This document shows, piece by piece, positions 9,171-20,939 of a stretch of DNA of 64,000 nucleotides. Under the pieces are notes generated by a model. The model ran no database searches, was not told the origin of the DNA, and was given only the letters and a program-made list of their open reading frames with translations. This stretch comes from Microthyrium microscopicum. Its lineage: Eukaryota. The stretch is from positions 437,067-501,066 of the forward strand of contig MU004233.1 in the NCBI GenBank assembly GCA_010405405.1, given 5' to 3'. A program made the position numbers and the translations under genes. Every line of letters starts with the position of its first letter. Within the stretch, counting starts at the first letter, position 1.

Positions 9171-12100
9171 AAAAATAAGAAGTAAGGTAGCGCTACTTAG
9201 TTATATTAAAAAGCTATTTAGATATCTTTACTTATTTAATACTTATTATAGTTTTATTATACTTATTCTACTCTTTTCCCTAATTCCTAAATAATTAAGG
9301 TAGCGTTAACTTACTAATAATTACTTAGTAAATACTTTCTTTATAAACTTAGTAGGAGTTCTATATATAATAGATATAATGCTATCTTAATTTAATAAAA
9401 AGGCTAGTAAAATCTATAACTACTACTAGCCTATTATTTCTAACTCTATTATTAGAGTTACTAACCTAGAAAAAATATATTAAATGCCTAGCTAAAAAGT
9501 AAAAAGTAGGCATAGAGAACTTACTAAGGTTCTTTTCTAATAGTAATACTATAACTAGGATTAAGCTATATTTAGTAAGTAGATCCTACGCTAGGCCTAT
9601 TAAACTATAAGCTACTTATAACTTAACTAAACTTTAATAAACTCTAGTTTCTTAAAATAATTATTCCTTAAAGTTAACTAAGTAATCTTTTATTAAATCT
9701 TAAATATTACGCCCTTTATATATAAACTTTAAACTTAAATAGGACTAAATCTTAGAAAGAGCTAATACCCTTCCTAAAATAAGACTAACTAATCTAATAA
9801 TATATTCTTATATAAATACTATACGTATACTATAAAAGAATAAGTAACTAGCTTATTAAACTATTATACTCCTTCTTTATTCTACTAAATTAATACCCTT
9901 ATAATACTTAAGTAGTTTATTAACTTATAAATTAAACCTAAATAAACGTTAATAAATATAATAATTAATATAATTTATTAAGTAGAAGTTATAAAACGTA
10001 GTATAGAAAACTACTATATAAAGATAAAATAGTTAAGAAATAAGCTTAAAGAATTTATATAATATTACTATAAATACTATTAGAACTAAAACTACTAACT
10101 AAAAATTAAATTAATTAAAAGTAGTACTAAACTATAAATCTAGAAACTAAGGAAGTTATTAATTAAGTATTAATATATTTCTATAAAAAATTAATTATAT
10201 TTCTATTTAATACTATTAGCTACTTACTAGGATATATAATAATAGTTATTAAGCTCTAACTCTAATTCTAATAGACTTTCTTAAGCTACTAGTTTATAGA
10301 AGAGTTATAGTTTTATTTAAGATAGATATAATATTAGTTAATAGGAAATAACTTAAAAAGAGTTAATAAAATTAATTATTAGGCCGCTAGGTACTTAAAA
10401 GTAAAAATAGTAGGCTCTTTAATATTTAGACTATATCCTTCTAAGACTCTTTAATTAAGAGTAACTCTATTATTTCCCTTATACGTAATATAGTTATCTA
10501 TATTCTTATTATTAAATTTATAATAGCGCTCTAATTACCTCTTACTATTATACTTATAAAGAAGGTAGCCTTTATTAAAGTTAACTTTCTAAACTAATTA
10601 CTTATTCTCTCTTTATTCTATCTTTATTTTATTTATCTCTTTTAAAGCTTTTAAAAATATATTAATTTTTTTAGCGTTATTTAAAATATAAATAAGCTAG
10701 CAATACTCTCTTTATTTAGTACTATCTATCTAAATAAAGCTTACCTTAGCCTTACTTATACTTTTAAGAATTCTTCTTACTTACCTACATAATCTCTATA
10801 GTCTACCTTAAAAGTATATTAATAATATTAATACGCCCTTACCTTTTAAAAGATTTAAGTTACTAAACTTAACTAATAAGCCTATTATATTACTATTATA
10901 ATCTATATATATCTTTATCTCTTCTACTTTTAAATATACCCTAAAAATATCTAACTTCTCTTTACTATCTATATAGCACTAAAGGTCCTTATAAAAGGGC
11001 GCTAGGTAAAATTCTTTAATTTAATATTATATTATATTAATTTATATCTAATTATTAGTATTAAGGACTTAATTAAATCTATAACTCTTAAAGTAAATAT
11101 TATTAAGATAATATACAAAACGAAATAAAGCTTATAAATCCCTAGCTACCTCCTAATAAACTAAAAAAGTAGCTAGGAATATATAAGCTTTATTTATTTT
11201 AAAAACTTTTTAACTAAATACTTCTATATTAGAATATTTTATAAAATAGTAACTTTAACTATAAAGTAAAATCTAAAGAAAGTTATATCTATATTAACTT
11301 ATAATTTTAATCTATCCTTTATCCTAAATAATATACTACTAAAAAGTATATTATACTAAAAGAGGGTTAAATTTAACTTATATATACTACTCCTAGTATT
11401 TTTAAGTCTTTATCTTTTAATATTAGACCTTAACTACTCCTTAGGTAAATTAAGAAAATAATTAGGGTCTAATATAGCTCTAGAGGAGCTAATACCTACC
11501 TAAATTAGAATTTTTATTAGTCTAATATTAAGTTAATATTCTTTTTAATAGTAAAAGGAAGTAAATAAATTCTTACCTATTAATTATCTCGTTGCTAATA
11601 TATATTTCTTCTACGTAAAGTACTACCTTAATTAATAATATAGTAGGTAGGAATCTAGTACTTTATTAATATATATATAATAAAGTCCTTAATAAAGATA
11701 TACTATTACGTTAGATATAATTATCTTTCTAAAAAGAAGTACTATTAGCTATACTCTAATTAATACTTATAATATATACTTAAGTTTATAATTAGCTTTA
11801 ACTTATTAACATAATACTATCTCTATAAATAAAAGACTTTCTAAAAAGATAAAAGAACTAAATATATAATAAGTACTTAGGGTAGGTAAAGTAATATACT
11901 TACTTTACTATCCTAGGCGTAGTAATAATAAATAAAAGTAAATATATTAAAAAATAACTATTAAAATAAATAAGAATACTAAAAGTAATCTCTACTATCT
12001 TAAAGTAAATTAGTAAATAATAAAATAAATTTAGGACTTACTTAAAGTATATATTATAGACTTAAATCTAATAAAGGATAGCCTATAATATGCTTTTTAT

Positions 12101-15100
12101 ATTTTTATTTTTATTAGTTATAATATATAAAATATAAGCCTACTATTCTATACCTCTAGATATCTTAAATAAATCCTTAGTTTATTCTTAAAGTTATTAA
12201 TTATTACTAAGTAATAAGGTAAATAAATGCGTAAGCCTTATAAGTTAAAAGTTTAATTACTTAGATTTTATAATATCCTTTTATAAATAAGCGTAATAAC
12301 TAGTTAGTAACTACTATAGCTAGTAATATATTTTTAGATATTAGCTAACTCTAAGCTACTTTTTTACTACTTAATCATCTAGCATTTAGATATATATTAT
12401 AGTTACTACTTTTACCTACTAAGGACTAATACTTTTTAACTTAAGAAGAATGCTACTTAAATAAAAATATTTAGAAATAGTTAACTAGCTTGCCTCTATA
12501 TATTAATAAACTAATAATAATATTTATTAATATCTATTTATATTATTTAGTATATATTAATAAAAAGCATATCTTTACCTTTCTTATAATATACTACTAA
12601 TTATATACTAAATAATAAAGTTTCTCTATTTTTTTAGAAGCTTTTATATCTACGTTCTTTTAATAATAATATTTACTACTTTAGATTAATAATATATACT
12701 AAGATTTCTATCTAAGGAAAAATTAGGTATATCTAAAATATAACTACTAGCTAATAAATAATATAGTTAAATTACCTTAATAAAGCTACCTAGAATCCTT
12801 ACCTAATAAACTTAACCTTCTTAAAAAAGATATATACTTTATACTAAAGTAAAAAGTATAACCTTTATTATATATTAAGGCTAACGTATTAGATATACCT
12901 ATTAATACTAGATTAAGGTAGAATTACTTTTTATAAATAAGAATACTCTTAATAAAATTAAGAGCTTATGATTTATATAAATTAATAATTCTATAACCTA
13001 CTTATACTATTTATATTATTCCTAATATAGTACTTATGCTTCCTAAGGATATAAGGTAGCGTATAGAATTATCTCTATATATAATAATAATAAGGCTATA
13101 ATAATATTAGAAAGTCTTTAGAGAGCCTAGTTTAAATAAAAATTATAGTAGAAAATTATAATAATTAGCTTTAGTTTTTAGGCTTTACCTTCTTCCTAAT
13201 TACTAACTTGCTAGTATTTAGTTTAGATAATATTTAAATAATATACTAATTTTTAACTAACTTTCCTCTATATTATAAAATATAAGCTTCTTTAATATAT
13301 AGAATAACCTAATTACTATACCTTAGACTAGAGTATAACTACTACGTAAGTATAATAAATTATATAGAACTATAGCCTTAAGAAAGTATTATTAGTAAAA
13401 TAGGTAAAAAAAGAATAAGATTAGACTTAAAAAGTATACTAGAATTACTCTATTATAACTAATAAGCTTATCTATAAGATAAAATCTCTAAATAAAGAAG
13501 TAATTAGTTATTATTAATAAGCCTACTATAGATAATAGTCTATAATAGGTTATAACTAATAAAGGGTAGTAATATTATTTATATCCTATATATAGTATCT
13601 CTAGGTAGTAAGTAGTTATAACATTTAGCATAACTAAAATACTAATTAATTAATAGTTAAAAACTACCTATATTACTATAAATTAACCTAGCGTAATATA
13701 ATATATTAATATAGAACGTATTAACGTTAAAGACGTTAAGACTTTTTTTTAAAAGAAAAAAATTAATATAAAAAATATCTTACTATTTTAATCTTCTCTA
13801 GAAAACGTATTAGAAAAGGGTAACTAATAAAGTATAATAAGACATCTCTAATAATAAATACTAAAGTATAAATAGTTATAAAGATTATTATAATATTATT
13901 ACCTTAAAAAAGTCTTAATATTAATTAAGATCTATTAAGATACTTTTATAGCAATTTTACTAAGTATTAGTATAAATATACTACTTAATAAACTTTATTA
14001 TAGAAAGCTCTACTTACCTAAGTAATATATAGTATTAAATAATACTACTTAGCAATAGAAAGGCTTTATAGCTATCCTAGCTAGTTAATATCTATATATC
14101 TAGAAAACTAAACTAAGTTATAGAAATAAGTTAGACTAGTAATCTCTATTAGTTTTAGCTACCTTAAAGCTAAGTAATTATTAAATAGTACTTTAAAAAG
14201 TAACTATAAGTTATTCTTTTTATTTTACTAAAATAAATATATATAATAAGTAAAATAATATCTTAATCCCTTATATAATAAATAAAATAATATCTTAATT
14301 CCTTATATAAGGCATTTCTTTATAAAGGGTAGATACCTTAATATATTCTAATAAGTTATCTATAAAGCGCGTACTATAAGTAAAATACTAAGTATTTTAC
14401 TATAAAGTATCTTACTATATATATTCTCTTAAGTAGTCCCTAGGAAAGAATAATATAGTAGACTTTATAATTAATTTTACGTATATAAAAGTATACTATA
14501 TTAGAGAGTATAGAATTAGAAGTAGAGAGAGCCTTTTAGCTAAGAAGGCTTACTCTATAATAGTAGGACGTTATTTCTAAAATAATACTTACTACTAAAT
14601 TATTATAGTAAAACTACGTAGGTATAAAACTACTATATAGTATAAGCTTAAATAATTACTATAAATTCTATATAATTTTAAGTTATATAAAATTTTTTAG
14701 ATAATTATAAATAATATTTTTTTCTTCTTCTATAAAATAGCTAAAAAAAAATTATTCTCCTACTAACCTAGCTCTTAATATAGCTATAGAAAAACTTAGT
14801 AAGACTTAAGTATATATACTACTTACTATATAAACTAGCTTAATACTACTTAGATATAATAGCTAGATTAGAGTTATAGTCTCCCTCTTACTTAATACTA
14901 AAAAATCTTACTTTACTAAACCTTCTCTACTATAATTCTATTACCTAATTATATTAATTATACTTAATTTAATAAGGAAAAATAAACTTATATATAATTT
15001 AGCCTTATAAGATTATTATATAGTAGTACTAACTATCCTAGCGCTAATCTTATACTATTTTCTTACTTTTTTTATATTCTTATAAGTATAATATTTTATA

Positions 15101-16118
15101 ATAGTAAGCTAGCCCCTTAGATATTTAAGTATAGATATATTTTATAAGATAATTAGTATTTATAAAGAATATTTATACCTCTAGCGTTAGTAGTTCTACT
15201 AATTAGTAAGCTAAATAGTATATATAATAGTTTAGTACACAAGCTAAAGAATATAGGCCTACTAGAACGTAACTTTACCTTATATAATATAAATAGAGAA
15301 GTTTAAAATACTCTATATTAACGTCTTAAAGCTTGCGTAATTATATTAAAAGCTAGAAATTACTTTTAGGGATATAAATTAGTAGTAGAGAAGCATTAGA
15401 AGACGTTATAGCTAAAAGAATAGAAGTTTTTAGTAATTTAGACTTACTAAAAGTTAGTAAAGTAGTTATAAGTAAAAAGAATAATATACTAGAATAATAT
15501 TATTTAGTAAGGGATTATGCCCTTCTTACTATTAAGATATAATACCTAACCTAAAGGAATAATATATAAAGGAATAACTTAAGAACTTACGAAAAAGATA
15601 ATACTCTAAAAAAAACATTATAGCTAAGGCTTACTTATAAGCTAATTTAGTAAGGAACTACTACTACTAAGCTTTACTAAACTTTACTATAGTTATAAAT
15701 CTATAACCTTGCTTTTATTCTTCTAAGGAAGGAGCCCTATAGTGCTTACTCTAATTAAAACCCTTACGTAGTATTATTTTATTTATTAAAACTATTTTAG
15801 AAAAGATATTATAAGTATAATTCTTCTAAAGAATATTCTCTTATTAAATTTAGTAAGCTTCTCTATGAACTAATATCTTTATTTATAATATATTCCTATA
15901 ACTATACTAAAATCTATATATAGCCTACTAGACTCTTCTATATAAGCTATAGTATTATATAAAGGCACTACTTTACTAAATATTAATAACCCTATTATAA
16001 ATAAAAATAATTTCTACTACTAAAATATAAAAAATAATTATTACTAAAAATACTATTTAAAGATAACCCTAATTAAGGGCAGGGCAGAATAAATATTAGA
16101 ATTATTATTAATAGAGGC

Positions 16119-16223
16119 TAACGTCGCTAATATAGTAATATAGTAACGTGTTTAGAAGTTTAGAAGTTTAGAAGTTTAGAAGTTCTTATCTTGAGCGGTG
16201 TTAGCGGTAATGCGCCGTCATAG
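16119..16223 (-). repeat. Right terminal inverted repeat
   Basis: Reverse complement reads CTATGACGGCGCATTACCGCTAACACCGCTCAAGATAAG(AACTTCTA)x4 AACACGTTACTATATTACTATATTAGCGACGTTA; one extra 8-bp unit and 4 substitutions relative to the left TIR. Confidence 0.95.
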
Positions 16224-16481
16224 GTAGACATCACATTCGATGGGAGCATGCCATTGATTCCAAGTCAACCTGTTATCAAGCCACATCATCATGATTTGGC
16301 CCCACTAGAATCGCTCCTGCCTGTTCGTCTCAGGCTCTCAGCGTACGTTGGCTGTCTCAGACTCTCACTTAACAACTCAACAACTGATATTACAGCTCCA
16401 GCATTCTGTTACCTCCTCTTCTCTTCATACAAATTGCCCTTGATATCTCCCATACAATTTCGCTTCCTAGGATCACACACG

Positions 16482-17560
16482 ATGGGCGAAGGCGACTCAC
16501 TTTACGCAAAGGCTGAAGCCAAGCTCAAGAGCGCGACCCGTGGCTTTTCCTTTTTCACAGACAAGCCAACTATCTACGACGAGGCCGCTGAGCTCTTCAA
16601 GGACGCTGGTCAGTAGCGTAGATGATCCGATAAACCCACTCGATATGCTAATATTCCTAGCCGCAAGATACTACGCAGATGACCAACTCCAACAATCCGG
16701 CAAGGCCTACGAACGATCAGCCAATATCCGTCTAACGAACCTCAACGATGAGCTTGAAGCCGCCGCCATGCTTGAAAAAGCCCATACCTCTTACCTATCA
16801 GTCGATCGTGCCAAGGCTATCTCCATTTCCGAGCAAGTCATCCAACTACAGACCAACAAAGGGCGCTTTGACCGCGCGGCCAAGACACATGAGGATTTAG
16901 GCGGCTTATATGCGACATCGAACAATCCACAAGACAAAGCCAAGGCCATAGAAAATTTAGAGAAGTCTATCAAGTACTACACCGATGCCAAGCGGCCGGC
17001 AAGCGCGAACAAGAATCGTCAGTTGGCGGCGCAAGTAGCCGCAGAGCTGGGTGACTACTACAAGGCAATCGATCTCCTGATGATAGGAGCGGAGACAACC
17101 GCAGCGGCACCCAATGGACGGTTTTTGGTGAAGACGTATTTGTTCAAAGTTGGTGGTAAGATTATTATACTCTGCTACGACTGGAACACTATGCTAATTC
17201 ACGACAGTTTGTTCTCTAGCGACTGGCGTATGACTTCTCACTCGCGAGCAGAGACTATAAGCTGACGATTTCTAGGATATCGTAGGTATAAAGAAAGTTC
17301 TCGATAACTGCGGACGGATAGACCCTGGGTTCTATCAAGAGCGCGAAGGTCGCTTTATCATAGACCAAATGGAGGCTTTGGAACAGCAAGATTCCGACCG
17401 AATCAAGGCAAACACAGCAGCTTGGGGTAAGATCAAGATCCTCAACCCCTCCTCGCGTCAACTGACATCGATAGTTCCGGCCCCAGAACCATGGATGAGG
17501 CAGCTTTTGGACACGGTGGTAGTGAATCATGCGACGGCTCCAGAGGAAGACTTTTCATAG
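16482..17560 (+). CDS. SEC17: Alpha-SNAP (Sec17-like vesicle fusion protein), spliced, divergent
   Basis: MGEGDSLYAKAEAKLKSATRGFSFF, KGRFDRAAK, LGDYYKAI, KTYLFKVGVCSLATGD, C-terminal EEDFS; four GT-AG introns. Confidence 0.8.
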
Positions 17561-17707
17561 ATAAAGCTGTAACTCTTGCTTCATTCTGTCATTTTCCAAC
17601 CGCTATGCAGAACTACATATCTGGAGTCCTCGTGGCATATCAGCGAGACATGATACAAATTAAATGATTAACGAGCATCTTCCCCAGTGCGCAATTTCCG
17701 TGTATAC

Positions 17708-20286
17708 TCAAACATCCAACTGCATCATAGCATCCTCATCCCCAACATCCATCTCAAACTCATCATCCTCCTCCAAATATCTCTGCCGCTGCCGTTCCTT
17801 CTGCGCCTGTAACTCCGCCTGCTCCTGCAACTCCATAATCTCCGCCTCCTGCTGTTCCGCCTGATGTTTCTTGAGATCCTTCATATCCCACACACTAACG
17901 CCCTCCTGCAACTTGAGCGCATACGGCTTACTCATATCTCTCAAAAAGGCTTTCGCTACCGCCACTGCTTGATCCACGCTGAGATTTATATCTGCTTCGG
18001 GGAGGGCTTGCGCGATCCATTTGGGCAACTGGTTGCGTTTCTTGGTAAATCGTTTGTCGGCCATGAGCATGATGCCGTAGTCTTCCTTGCCGCGTAATAC
18101 ACGGCCTAGACACTGTGCTGCGTGCCGCATGGCGTCGAAGGACAGAAAGTCTTGGTCGCGGATATGATATGTTTCGCGCATGAAGCGCAGACGGGCTTTG
18201 AGGATTCGCGACTCGGTGTATTGAAAGGGTACGCCGATACATAGAACCGTGCGGCCATATTGGTGGTCGAAATCGACACCTTCACTGACTTTTCCACGTG
18301 CGACGGAAAGGAGGACTGCGCCGCGGCCATTGTTGCAGGCGGTGCGGTATGTTTCGAGTGCGAGGGAGGTTTCTTGGGAATCGGGGGTTTCGACGAGGAT
18401 GAGCTTGTATTTCCAGATGGCGTCTAGGATGCCGGAGCCTTGCCAGTTGGAGATTGTGGATTCCATGTAGAGGTAGGAGGGGAAGAAGACTACGATGCCG
18501 TCGGGGGTGAGTTTGCAGAATTCGGTGAGGAGGGCGCCGTAGTTGCGGACGACGTCGGGATCACTGCGCTTTTCGAAGCCGGAGGTTATTACTTTTTGGT
18601 CGGAACCTTTGGAGACGATCAGTGGGAGGAAGGATTTGCGGGCGAGGGACATGGTGTAGGATTCGGTGATGAGGGCGCTGAAACCGAGCATGCGTGGGTA
18701 CATTTCGAGGGGAGAGATGGTTCCGGACGTGATGATTACGGAGCTGAAGCGGTCAAAGACGGGTTTTATTGCGATGGCGGCGTCAAGGCAGGCGAAGTGG
18801 GTTCGGGGGTTGGCCATCAAGGCACCTTCGACTTCGTAAGGTTCGAAAATTAGTTCGAAGCCTGTATCATAGGTTGCTACTAAAGTGGCGAATGTTGCTA
18901 TATCTTGGAGAGCTCTATAGTCTTCGATATTGGTAAGCTCTAGTGTACGTACGAGAGACGTGAGACGCTCCGCACAGAATCGTAGTGGTTTTCGCTCAAT
19001 GAACGTTAGCTCTTTGAGATGTGTGAGAAAGGATGGAGGAGTTTCGGCAAAAGAGTGAAGAACTTTCTGCCGAGTCTTCATGTATTCAATGAACCGTTTG
19101 AGAAAGGCAATGAAGTGTTCCGCTCGCCGTATATTGCCTGGTACAGCCTCTTGAAGTAGATCATCTGGTAATGTTGGATTTGACATGAAGGCATCTTCGT
19201 CTCGAGCCTCGTCGGCTCCTCGTAGCCCCTCGACGAGCTTATCATACTCGTCTTGCAGTTTTTGAGCGTCTGTCTCTTTGAGTCGAGTAATTTCTGTCTC
19301 TAGATTATCTGCTCCTTTTGAAGCTTTGCGTAACGAATCCGCAGTGATATCTATGCTGAGCGACTCTATACACACGTTGTCGATGTTATGTGCTTCGTCA
19401 AACACTACAATGCAATCCTTGGACAGTTCTTTCGATACTCGTTCAGCAATCTTCGGGTCTAAAAGATAGTGATATGAGTATATTATGACGTTGCAGAACG
19501 GCATCTGAGAAGTTAGTGTCGAGTCTGAAATGAGAGTGGGCAATGTACCATTCGTCGAGCAGTGAAATAGGGACATTGCTTTTGTTCTTCCGAGTATCTC
19601 GTGAGGTCGTCAAATGTCCAAACACCGGGCGGTATAAGGTTATGTGGTTCCAGCTTATCCAAATTCTTCAAACGGTTAGCGGAGAGCAGTACGCAGACAA
19701 ATACTAGTGAATACCTCGTGATATTCGCATAGCTCAACATCGTCACCACGTTCTTTTCGCTCTTTGACGAATCCAGCCGTCAAGCTTCGACATCTCGCAT
19801 CAACCACATTGCCATCCTTCTCGCGCCGTACAGAAGGATGCAGACACAAGTTCTTTCTGCTCGTTAAACCAAGCCCTCGGAACTCTTCTTGATACCCCAA
19901 TTGCTCCGTCCGATAGTGCATGAGGGATCTCAACTCGGCCAGGGCCTTTTCGATTTCGGACATGGTACCTATCCTGGTCAGGTCTTGATAGAATCAAGTA
20001 TGTAGCATTCCACACGCACGTGAGCAGTAGATCAACTGGCGCTTCTCCGGTTGGGCTTGCTGATACGCGACAATCAACGAAAGAAGAGAGATGGTTTTTC
20101 CAGTTCCAGACGGCATTTCCAGGACGCAATGACCGCCGCGGTCAATGGTCTTCTTGAGATCTGACATGTAGGCATATTGCTCGGGATAGATGCGCGGGTA
20201 CGGGAAAAGCACCTCGAGCTCACTATGTAATATTTAGAGATGACCTCATGATAGGCTCAGTTAACTGACTCAATATGGAACCTCAT
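17708..20286 (-). CDS. RAD3: TFIIH DNA helicase XPD/Rad3 (spliced)
   Basis: [91 protein letters not shown]. Confidence 0.97.
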
Positions 20287-20939
20287 AATGAATTATTTGA
20301 TGAGTCGGGTGTGATTGCGTTGAAGTTAGAGTTCTGGTGGACTGTTGTCGCCAGAAGTTCAAGTAAGGCTGCAGGCAGTGGCGTCGTTAGCGCGAATGAA
20401 GTTGGAGATGCTCTAGTCTCTTTACGGAAGCTATATTACCTTGATACGGAACCTCAATTCTTCAATCGCTTCACCATACCATGATTATTGGCATCGGCAG
20501 ACTCGTATGTATCTTCCATGTCACTGTACTTGAATGTGTTCTTCCTTATCAAGTCAGGATTTCCTGAGATGGAGGAATTGTGCTTACAACCTTTTGTTCT
20601 AGCTTGGCTGACTTAGCAATATTACTCCCATGCCAAGCTGAGCAGTTGTATTGTTCCCAATCGACTCAACCATTTCGGTGTCTCGTCTTGGTGAGCACAA
20701 CCAGTCTTGCTTCACTATTACAACATTTGAATCATCCAGGAACTCGGTGTCGAAGCTCTACCCATACATACGCTTTGTTGATGGAGACCGTTGCCCACTA
20801 CTTCAAAAGTAGGCAGTTTGCCACCTAATTAGCAATTTGCTTGCTTACAAAATTCGTCATCCTACACAACTTGAATACAGTACTCTCGTTGCACCTTTTA
20901 CAACCATTTTCCTGGAGTCATTTTCCATGATCGGCCATT

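Larger units (their letters stand above)
4862..16223. mobile_element. ~11.4 kb RIP-degenerated TIR DNA transposon, probably IS3EU/Styx-like (integrase-core DDE transposase)
   Basis: ~100-bp terminal inverted repeats and a flanking direct repeat (GTAGA 4857-4861/16224-16228, or GGTAGAC 4856-4862/16223-16229). The interior switches abruptly to very AT-rich DNA with TpA excess and near absence of CpA/TpG (RIP). A transposase relic lies at ~5.8-6.5 kb. Confidence 0.92.

Noticed and set aside
4862..16223. AT-rich block as a centromere, LTR retrotransposon, Starship or organellar insertion
   Set aside because: It is bounded by long inverted (not direct) repeats plus a TSD and has a DDE integrase-core relic. 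No RT or tyrosine-recombinase motifs were recognised, and the dinucleotide pattern is that of RIP.
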